DNA from: a bacterium
GTDB taxonomy: Bacteria; SZUA-182; DTGQ01; JAFGSM01
Length of the DNA: 64,000 nucleotides
Assembly: GCA_049472315.1 (NCBI GenBank)
Contig: JBLIRN010000012.1
Location: 1 to 64,000, forward strand
Reading direction: 5' to 3'
A program made the translations under genes and the position numbers. Below are positions 19,894 to 27,622 of this stretch, one piece after another (positions within the stretch are counted from its first letter, which is position 1; every line of letters begins with the position of its first letter). The notes beneath the pieces were generated by a model, which had not been told where the DNA came from, ran no database searches, and worked only from the letters and a program-made list of their open reading frames with translations.

Positions 19894-20301
19894 TTAGCAG
19901 AGGATTGTGGAGACCTCGATGATCTGAATGTGTTGGGATGGAATATCTTCTAAGAATGCAATGGCTCTCTGGTAGGTATTTAATCCGATAAATTTGAGGT
20001 GTCCGGAAGGGTCAAACAGGCTTGCACATGACCTCAAAACGGCCGGAGGGGAAAGAAATGCATAATGTCTTCTCGATTCATTCTCATTGTCCATATTCTC
20101 CAGAATGTCAACGAAGTTCCTTGGTCCTGCATGTGCATGACGAGAGGGTATATCTGATACAAGCGTTCTGAGAATATGACCGCTCAGGTCCAGAAATTCA
20201 CATATCCCGATGTGCGTACATCGTACGTATTCAGGTGCGTCGAATGTACTCATGAAAAGGAAAAGGCACACCAAGCTTAGTACAAGGAATCTGCGACTCA
20301 T
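19894..20301 (-). CDS. Small membrane-anchored DAPEYVRC protein, copy 2
   Basis: MSRRFLVLSLVCLFLFMSTFDAPEYVRCTHIGICEFL; paralog of 6167-6574; start placed at ATG 20301. Confidence 0.7.
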   Translation of the reverse strand: MSRRFLVLSLVCLFLFMSTFDAPEYVRCTHIGICEFLDLSGHILRTLVSDIPSRHAHAGPRNFVDILENMDNENESRRHYAFLSPPAVLRSCASLFDPSGHLKFIGLNTYQRAIAFLEDIPSQHIQIIEVSTILC

Positions 20302-20796
20302 AGCATATTCCACCTGATTGGTATTTCCTGCCGGAGTCACGATTATCGTTAACTCTCAGAAAACTGCACAAGGGTACTGAACCCTTACCATACATAGTAC
20401 ACGTGCAAAAGGGAAAGTGAGTAAAGCAGCAATGCTAAAAAAGAGGAGAACGGAGCTTGTAAAAAGCAAATCGAAAAAGGCCGAGCGATTCGAGCAGAAC
20501 CCATCTCAGCAGGAAAGGGGAGAGGAAGATGACCGTATGCGATGATGATAAAGAGAACTTGCCAGCAGGGGCCCCTTATTGCATGTTCATCAAGTGGGAG
20601 CGATTACTGTGTTCCCATTCGGTCTCTTACGCTATGATATTTTTGACTACGGAATATTTGTGAGGCGGAGCGGTTGTCATGCTGTTGTCTTGATACGGCA
20701 ATGACCGCCCCTCTCATTAATGATGTTGCTCCTCCTTCAAAAAGGTGGATGCGGTGCCATCTGTTATAGAAATACAATATTCTTTTCTTACTCTTT

Positions 20797-20825
20797 ATTA
20801 TAAAAAATTTATTATACAGAGTCAA
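20797..20825 (-). promoter_or_regulatory. Sigma70 promoter TTGACT-17-TATAAT
   Basis: agtcaa at 20820-20825 and attata at 20797-20802, 17-nt spacer. Confidence 0.7.
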
Positions 20826-20884
20826 GATTCTTTTTTGTATATAATATATAGACATCTTAAAAATGGAAAGAACCGTTGGAAGTG

Positions 20885-20927
20885 ATCGAAGTCCTGCGAG
20901 GGGATAGTCCCCGCGCAGGACTTCGAT
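20885..20927 (-). terminator. Long near-perfect hairpin after the six-gene PPYN block (terminator or mRNA stabiliser)
   Basis: ATCGAAGTCCTGCG-A-GGGGA-tag-TCCCC-G-CGCAGGACTTCGAT; no clear U-tract. Confidence 0.55.
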
Positions 20928-20964
20928 GGTTGCTCCCGGCAAAGCCCCCCTCTGAGGCCATTGT

Positions 20965-21543
20965 TCACAGAATCGGCAGGCCGAAGGCCTGTGCCGCAGT
21001 GACCAGTGATGCGGGATTGATTCCCAGGTTATACCCATAGGCAAGCATATAATAGAGATTGCCCAGATCATACAGATAGGTTGCCTGGACAATGCCGAGT
21101 ACGGCGGATGCCGTACTGAGCAGGGAGTAACCGGGCAGCAGGGTAATAGGAGCAGGCACCCCGGTAACCGAATCGAGGTAGCTTGCCGGTGGCCAGGGAT
21201 TTATCCCGTAGAGCGTGTCGAAGAAAACCAAACCGGTGGGGCCGTTATACAGGAGCCACGGCGGTATCGTCCCCAACATGGCCCAGCCGAGTTTCGGCAG
21301 GGTGGGATCCCAGGCCATGACAGGCTGCACCGGGAGCACCGTGCTGCTGGTAAGCTGGGTCACCAGGGGAGTGGGAACACCTGTAATAGGGTCCGGCGGT
21401 GAGTAGAACGGGGTGTAAAGGGGCCACAGGACATTGTACGGCGGCATGGCCACCCAGTTCTGTGCCGTGGCTCCCTGAATACTCACCAGGACTATGACGA
21501 CAGCAACAGGTATGAGCACATACCATCTCTTTTGTGTAAGCAT
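20965..21543 (-). CDS. Secreted PPYN-WPLW family protein, paralog 5
   Basis: ATA|QNWVAMPPYNVLWPLYTP; start placed 9 nt after AAGGAGG. Confidence 0.9.
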   Translation of the reverse strand: MLTQKRWYVLIPVAVVIVLVSIQGATAQNWVAMPPYNVLWPLYTPFYSPPDPITGVPTPLVTQLTSSTVLPVQPVMAWDPTLPKLGWAMLGTIPPWLLYNGPTGLVFFDTLYGINPWPPASYLDSVTGVPAPITLLPGYSLLSTASAVLGIVQATYLYDLGNLYYMLAYGYNLGINPASLVTAAQAFGLPIL

Positions 21544-21577
21544 GGGCATTATCCTCCTTCTCCGCATAGTAGGCCTA

Positions 21578-22156
21578 TCAGATGGGCGGCAGGCCCCAAA
21601 TCTGCGACGGAGTCAACAGATTGAGGAAGTCCGCCCCTGTTATCCCATAGTTGAGGGCATAGTTGACATTGGCAGTGGGAATAATCCACTCGAGTTCGGT
21701 CGTTGATGTGGGCAGCAGGAGCGAATAGGTTGTGAGAAGGGAGATAGGGGCAGGTGCACCGGTTATAGGATCCTGGAGATATGCCGGCGGGAATGGGTTC
21801 ATGCCGTAAATCTTGTCGAAAAACGCCATTCCGCCTCCGAATGCGAGAGGGATATTATAGAGTGCCCAGATGTACCCCGAGGCATTCGAAGGGGAGGGGT
21901 CCCATACCACCATCGGCTGAACGGGGAGTATGGTATTCCTGGTGAGCGCAGGGAGCAGAGGGGTGGGTATACCTGCCGCATTCGGCGGTGACAGGACCGG
22001 GGACCAGAGGGGCCACAGCAGATTATAGGGGGGTATGGCAGCCCAGTTCTGGGCCCCCACCGTGGGGGTCATGAGCAGACCCAAGGCGGCCACGATAATA
22101 CACATGACCAGTACGATAGAGGGAATAACGGGCAAGCATTTTCTCCTTTTATACAT
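21578..22156 (-). CDS. Secreted PPYN-WPLW family protein, paralog 6
   Basis: VGA|QNWAAIPPYNLLWPLWSP; AAGGAGG RBS. Confidence 0.9.
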   Translation of the reverse strand: MYKRRKCLPVIPSIVLVMCIIVAALGLLMTPTVGAQNWAAIPPYNLLWPLWSPVLSPPNAAGIPTPLLPALTRNTILPVQPMVVWDPSPSNASGYIWALYNIPLAFGGGMAFFDKIYGMNPFPPAYLQDPITGAPAPISLLTTYSLLLPTSTTELEWIIPTANVNYALNYGITGADFLNLLTPSQIWGLPPI

Positions 22157-22248
22157 ACGTAGACCTCCTTTTATGCCGAAAACATATCAACCATCGGCTC
22201 TCGGCAGCACAGGTCGGCTTTCATACGCATACACCATTTCCCCACGTG

Positions 22249-22818
22249 CTAAAACACCGCAGGAGGCAATGCGGAAAAGGGCGTATATCCCCAGATGTCT
22301 GCACTCGTTAAAAACGGTGTTGACGGCAATCCATATTGAGCGATGTACGTGAGATTGGCCAAGGGTATAAAGTATTCAAATCCCTTCAAGGCAACGGGCA
22401 GATAGACGGACCAACCCAGAGGAAGTGCTATGGGATTTGGAGTACCGGTGACGGAATCGAGCAAATAGGATGGGGGAAACGGATTGAGGCCATAGGTTAT
22501 GTCAAAAAAAAGCATGCCGCCTCCAAGGGCCAAAGGGGTATTATAGAGGGCCCACGGCAATGACCTGTATGGATCCTTAACCAGACCCGGCTGAACCGGT
22601 AATAGTGTATTACTTGTCAGGGAACTGATAAGAGGGGTCGCAAGCCCGGTGGCAGGATCAACGGGAGAAAGCGCCGGAGACCATAGCGGCCACATGAGAT
22701 TGTAAGGCGGCAGTGCGGCCCAATACTGCGCATGCATGAGATCCGGCACGATCATGCCTGCTATAACCAGTATGAGGAAGGCACATAGCAGGATTACCTT
22801 TTTCCTTTCTTTGTACAT
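22249..22818 (-). CDS. Secreted PPYN-WPLW family protein, paralog 7
   Basis: MHA|QYWAALPPYNLMWPLWSP; GAGGTG RBS. Confidence 0.9.
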   Translation of the reverse strand: MYKERKKVILLCAFLILVIAGMIVPDLMHAQYWAALPPYNLMWPLWSPALSPVDPATGLATPLISSLTSNTLLPVQPGLVKDPYRSLPWALYNTPLALGGGMLFFDITYGLNPFPPSYLLDSVTGTPNPIALPLGWSVYLPVALKGFEYFIPLANLTYIAQYGLPSTPFLTSADIWGYTPFSALPPAVF

Positions 22819-22995
22819 AACTCACCTCATGCTATTGACTATGATGATTCATATCATAGGATTATGTTCTTCTAAAAATCAGTCGACACGTTCATGATTC
22901 ACCACTATACTACATAGATTCACACCCCCTTCGTGGAATGATTTGTTTATCTCCCATTCGTAACCATCTATCCTTTTGAACTAAAGGGAAATCGC

Positions 22996-23568
22996 TTAAA
23001 TCGCCGGAAAACCCCATAATTGTGCTGTAGTCAACAGATTGAGGTATTCCGGCCCTGTCAAGCCATACGTAAGTGCATATATCGCATTGGCAAGCGGAAT
23101 AAAGAATGCCTCGCCCCCGCCTTGCGCACCCGTTACAGGCAAGAGGCCGTATGTGACGGTAAAGGTAATCGGATTGGGGACGCCGGCAACGGAATCATAG
23201 AGATTCGGCGGAGGCCAGGAATTGAGTCCATACAGCCGATCAAAGTAGAGTAATCCTGAGCCGAAGGCGACGGGTGTATTGTAGAGGGCCCAGATGCTGG
23301 TGGTAGGATCCCATGCTATACACGGCTGAACCGGAAGTATGGTGTTCCTGGTAAGTTCGGTGACAATGGGTGTTGTGCCGCGGAGCACAAGGGGATCCCA
23401 ATTGAAATCGGTAACCAGGGGTGGTGACCACAGCGGCCAGAGGACATTGTATGGCGGCATAAGTGCCCAGTTCTGGGCGCGTGCTGCCGGACTCATGAGC
23501 GATCCGAGGATGCTCAAGGCCATAAGGGTAAAAAGCAGAAGAAAGAAACCTTTCCTTTTTCTAATCAT
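22996..23568 (-). CDS. Secreted PPYN-WPLW family protein, paralog 8
   Basis: ARA|QNWALMPPYNVLWPLWSP; AAGGAGG RBS. Confidence 0.9.
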   Translation of the reverse strand: MIRKRKGFFLLLFTLMALSILGSLMSPAARAQNWALMPPYNVLWPLWSPPLVTDFNWDPLVLRGTTPIVTELTRNTILPVQPCIAWDPTTSIWALYNTPVAFGSGLLYFDRLYGLNSWPPPNLYDSVAGVPNPITFTVTYGLLPVTGAQGGGEAFFIPLANAIYALTYGLTGPEYLNLLTTAQLWGFPAI

Positions 23569-23671
23569 GAGCGAATCTCCTCCTTTGAAGCATACCTAAT
23601 ATAAGGATCTTGTATGAGCTTATGAGAACCCAATCTTTCGCTCAAAATCATTCCATCCGGAAAAAGCCTCC

Positions 23672-24244
23672 TTATATCGGGGGAAGTCCCCACAAATCCC
23701 CGTACGTCAGCAATGAGGAAGGGCTAACGCCGAGGGAGTTGCCGTAAGCAAGCAGGTACGACAGATTTGCCAGATCGACCAGGTACTGGTATTCAACCGA
23801 TATCCTCCAGGTGAACACGGGATATGTGCTCCACCCTGCCGGCAAGGCCAGAGGAACGGGCGCCCCGGTGACGGAATCGAGCAGAGAGGACGGCGGCCAG
23901 GGATTCAGCCCATACCACAGGTCGAAAAATTGCACGCCCACGGGTGAGTTATAAAACATATACGGAAATACATCACCCATCGGCGACACAATGGGGGTAA
24001 GGGGATTAAGACCGAGGGCGGGTTGCACAGGGAGTATCGTACTACGGGAAAGCTCGGTGATCAGAGGGGTGGGCACCCCCGTAATCGGATCAGGTGGAGA
24101 AAGCACGGGAGACCACAGCGGCCAGAGTATATTATACGGGGGTAATGCCGCCCAGGTTTGTGCGGAAGCCACTGGGGTGATGAGCAGGCAGCCTGCAATC
24201 GCAATGGCCACTATAACGATCAAGAACTTTATTTTCCTAATCAT
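23672..24244 (-). CDS. Secreted PPYN-WPLW family protein, paralog 9
   Basis: ASA|QTWAALPPYNILWPLWSP; start moved to the MIRK ATG after AAGGAGG. Confidence 0.9.
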   Translation of the reverse strand: MIRKIKFLIVIVAIAIAGCLLITPVASAQTWAALPPYNILWPLWSPVLSPPDPITGVPTPLITELSRSTILPVQPALGLNPLTPIVSPMGDVFPYMFYNSPVGVQFFDLWYGLNPWPPSSLLDSVTGAPVPLALPAGWSTYPVFTWRISVEYQYLVDLANLSYLLAYGNSLGVSPSSLLTYGDLWGLPPI

Positions 24245-24263
24245 AGAACTCATCCCTCCTTTA

Positions 24264-24842
24264 CTAAAAAACGCTTGGCGGTAAAAGGGCAAGCGGCGTC
24301 AGTCCCCAGATATCTACAGCAGTCAACAGGCTGGTTAGAGGCACTCCGTATATATTCGAATAATATGTATTGGCCAAGGGCAGATACCACTGCAGGTTCT
24401 TTAGATCGGTCGGCAACAGGAGCGACCATCCGAGGGGCAGGGCAATGGGGTTCGGAACACCGGTTGCGGGATCTACCAAATAGCTGGGAGGCCATTGATT
24501 CAAGCCATAAAAGACATCATAGAATAACAACTGATTCCCAAGCGCGGCCGGCGTATTGTAGAGCAGCCAGGGGATTCCGGCACCACTCGGTTGAACAGGG
24601 TCCCATGCCATAACGGGCTGGATCGGGAGGATGGTATTCCTGGTGATCGCGTTTACCAGGGGTGTGGCAAGACCGGTCACCGGATCAACGGGAGACAGGA
24701 TGTCCGACCAGAGCGGCCAGAGGACATTGTAAGGGGGGAGGGCTGCCCAGTACTGGGCATGGACAAGGGAAAATCCCATCCCTATGACGATGAAGATAAT
24801 AAGGGCACATAACACAATCGAATCATGTCTTCCTTTGTACAT
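24264..24842 (-). CDS. Secreted PPYN-WPLW family protein, paralog 10
   Basis: VHA|QYWAALPPYNVLWPLWSD; GAGGTG RBS. Confidence 0.9.
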   Translation of the reverse strand: MYKGRHDSIVLCALIIFIVIGMGFSLVHAQYWAALPPYNVLWPLWSDILSPVDPVTGLATPLVNAITRNTILPIQPVMAWDPVQPSGAGIPWLLYNTPAALGNQLLFYDVFYGLNQWPPSYLVDPATGVPNPIALPLGWSLLLPTDLKNLQWYLPLANTYYSNIYGVPLTSLLTAVDIWGLTPLALLPPSVF

Positions 24843-25391
24843 AATTCACCTCTCATAACTACCCCATTATCGTTATGTGGATCGAAACCTGATCGTTTAA
24901 CCAAAAACGACCATCGTGCGCACACTTACATCAATACACCCCTTTCTACAAAGAAATCTGAATGAACTGGAAGGAAAAACATGGACAAGCCAATGCGTCG
25001 AATAGATCTCACCTCCTCACAAAAAGGATCTGAGGATATGCGTTATCCTCTATACTTTGGACGTATCTATACATTCACACGTGCAGGTTTGACATGGCAT
25101 ACAAAGGAGCAGATACGAATTTTTACAGATCCCTCTATTACGGGAGCCCGCAATAAAAGATCACGCGCGATACATAAGGATTAAAGAAAGGACTGGATGC
25201 TGGCTGGAAATTGGAGGACGGAATGTGCGCAAGCGGTCAGATTATGCAAATGTTTTTCCGCACAGGAAAAGGACATTGAAACGCCTGCAAGACGATTGGA
25301 CAATCAACAGGATTTATTTGAAAAAAAATCAAGGCCCCTTTTTTTGAATAGGCATCAACCCCTTAGTAAAGAGATAAATAATTATATCCAA

Positions 25392-25420
25392 ATTCTAATT
25401 CAATTATGTTCAAAAGTCAA
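25392..25420 (-). promoter_or_regulatory. Sigma70 promoter TTGACT-17-TAGAAT for the PPYN array
   Basis: agtcaa at 25415-25420 and attcta at 25392-25397, 17-nt spacer, AT-rich upstream. Confidence 0.65.
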
Positions 25421-25600
25421 TAGTAATTATTTGTATTAATAAGTTATTGTAGTCTAATTTTTTTGAAATATTTTTATGTTTGATATTATTTAGAAGATAT
25501 AAATAAAGCCATGATAAGAATATTCTGATAGTTTAATCAATCAATCTGGCACCACTATTCATTAACTCTTTGTAATCTCTATTTTTTTCTTGCCAGGGAA

Positions 25601-25629
25601 TTGACTCCTTCCCCCGGGTGTTTTACAAT
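25601..25629 (+). promoter_or_regulatory. Sigma70 promoter TTGACT-17-TACAAT for the GT2 operon
   Basis: ttgact at 25601-25606 and tacaat at 25624-25629, 46 nt before the ATG. Confidence 0.65.
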
Positions 25630-25674
25630 GGCATAACTATTTCATCGTTTGGTTTTCTGAAATGCTGAGGCATC

Positions 25675-26610
25675 ATGGATAAACAACCGAAGGTCAGTTG
25701 CATCATCCCGACATACAACCGCGCATCATGTCTCTCCCAGGCCATCGATTCGGTGCTGGCCCAGGATTATGAAGACCTCGATCTGCTCGTTGTCGATGAT
25801 GGCTCCACCGACCATACCTCCTCCATCCTGGAGGGATACGGACAAAGGATCCATGCCTTTCACCAGTCCCACAAGGGGGTCAGTTCGGCAAGAAATCTGG
25901 GGCTTGAGAAGTCAAAAGGCGAATACATCGCCTATCTCGATTCCGATGATGTGTGGTTGCCACGGAAGATATCCATCCAGGCCCGGTTCCTTGACCGGAA
26001 TCCCGACTATCCCCTCTGCTACACCGAGGAGATCTGGTATCGAAACGGCATACGGGTCAATCCGGGAAAGAGACATCGAAAATATTCCGGCCGTATTTTC
26101 ACCCAGTGTCTTCCCCTGTGTATCATCAGTCCCTCATCAGCCATGATGCGCAAAAAGATCCTGGAAGAGGCAAGCGGATTTGACGAAGACCTGCCTGCGG
26201 CGGAGGACTATGCCCTCTGGCTTCGGATCACCGCCTGCCATCCGGTATACCTTGTTCCCATGCCACTGATCGTGAAAAGGGGTGGGCATCCGGACCAGCT
26301 CTCCCGTTCGGTCGCCCACATTGATCGTTACAGAATACAGGCACTTACAAAGATACTCACCAGGGGAAAACCTACTTCGGCGCTATGGCACCAGGCATGG
26401 AGAGAGCTCCGTGCAAAATGCCGAATCTACGGCGAAGGCTGCCATAGGCATGGCCGCCGAGATGAGGCGGCCTTCATCCTCGGCCTGCCCGAGACAATCC
26501 TCAAACGCTCAGGGCAGCAAAGGGATTGCTCGGCGGCGCCTCCCTCTCAACCCGACCATACCGAGGGTATCACACAACCCGCAGACTGCCCTGCAATGAT
26601 GGTTTCCTGA
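25675..26610 (+). CDS. Glycosyltransferase family 2
   Basis: VSCIIPTYNRA, VVDDGSTD, SARNLG, YLDSDD, EDY motifs. Confidence 0.92.
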   Translation: MDKQPKVSCIIPTYNRASCLSQAIDSVLAQDYEDLDLLVVDDGSTDHTSSILEGYGQRIHAFHQSHKGVSSARNLGLEKSKGEYIAYLDSDDVWLPRKISIQARFLDRNPDYPLCYTEEIWYRNGIRVNPGKRHRKYSGRIFTQCLPLCIISPSSAMMRKKILEEASGFDEDLPAAEDYALWLRITACHPVYLVPMPLIVKRGGHPDQLSRSVAHIDRYRIQALTKILTRGKPTSALWHQAWRELRAKCRIYGEGCHRHGRRDEAAFILGLPETILKRSGQQRDCSAAPPSQPDHTEGITQPADCPAMMVS

Positions 26611-26632
26611 TGCCCGATAGAGAGGAAATCGT

Positions 26633-27622
26633 ATGACCGGAAACAGTGCCGATAAATCGGTGCGCTGCACCCTCGAATCCCTTGATATATCGCGGATCGA
26701 TGTGAACAACAGGGAGTTCGGCCTTCATTTCTTCCGGCATCCTTCCCCCTCGCTCGTTGAGTCCGTAAAACAGTTCGGCATTATCTACCCCCCTCTCGTG
26801 CGCGCCGCTGGCAGTGGCTTCCAGGTCCTGGACGGATTTCTGCGCGTCGAGGCCGCCCGATTGTGCAACACGAAGGTGATCCAGTGCAGCGTGTGCGATG
26901 AACACCTCGATCATCAGCACCTTGCCCGTTTTCTCCTGTCCATCGCCCTTTCGAGGGGCCTGCCCCACATACTGGATAGGGCGGTCATCGTACAGAAAAT
27001 GACCGCGATCCTCCCTCAGGATCGCGTGGTCAGGGACATTCTCCCCCTCCTCGGCCTGCAGCCGAACACGAAGGTACTCCAACGGCTCGTGCCCCTCTCC
27101 AGTCTGGACGAAGAAATGGGTAGGGCATTGCTCGATCAAAGGATTAATCACCACATGGCGCTTCGCCTCATGGAACTTGAACCTGAGGTGCGATCCCGCA
27201 TCACCACCCTGTTTCTTTATTTCCGGTATAGTCAGTCCAAGCAGTTCGAGATTCTGGACAATCTACTGGACATCGCGGAAAGGGAAGAGGTATCCCCCGT
27301 TCAAATCCTTGAGGAGGTAGGATGGAACGGAGAAGGCCCGGAACCGCCCGATGAAAACAGGAGTGCCGCCGGAGAGGCATTGCGCAACCAACTCAGGAAT
27401 CGCCGGTACCCCACAATGGCGGGCCTGGAGAGGTCATGGAGGACGAGAATCAAATCCCTTCGCCTGCCCCCCTCCATCTCCCTCACGCCCCCCTCTTCCT
27501 TCGAGGGGAGTACCTATCGGATCAGTTTCGCCTTCAAGACCCTGGAAGAGTACAAGGAACTACTCTCCACGCTGAAGGACATGGGTGAACAGGATGAGTG
27601 GACGCAACTGCTCCCCGGTTAG
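26633..27622 (+). CDS. ParB/Srx N-terminal domain protein
   Basis: LVESVKQFGIIYPPLV...VLDGFLRVEAA (ParB-like nucleotide-binding motif variant). Confidence 0.75.
   Translation: MTGNSADKSVRCTLESLDISRIDVNNREFGLHFFRHPSPSLVESVKQFGIIYPPLVRAAGSGFQVLDGFLRVEAARLCNTKVIQCSVCDEHLDHQHLARFLLSIALSRGLPHILDRAVIVQKMTAILPQDRVVRDILPLLGLQPNTKVLQRLVPLSSLDEEMGRALLDQRINHHMALRLMELEPEVRSRITTLFLYFRYSQSKQFEILDNLLDIAEREEVSPVQILEEVGWNGEGPEPPDENRSAAGEALRNQLRNRRYPTMAGLERSWRTRIKSLRLPPSISLTPPSSFEGSTYRISFAFKTLEEYKELLSTLKDMGEQDEWTQLLPG

Noticed and set aside
17745..24842. Diversity-generating retroelement or classical RiPP precursor array
   Set aside because: No reverse transcriptase or adenine-specific TR/VR pair. The proteins have Sec-type signals with conserved mature regions rather than a conserved leader and short variable core, and no recognisable RiPP maturase or peptidase-ABC transporter is adjacent.
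26633..27622. Chromosome-partition parB or plasmid/prophage marker
   Set aside because: No parA, parS, replication or phage genes nearby, and only the N-terminal ParB-like motif is recognisable.
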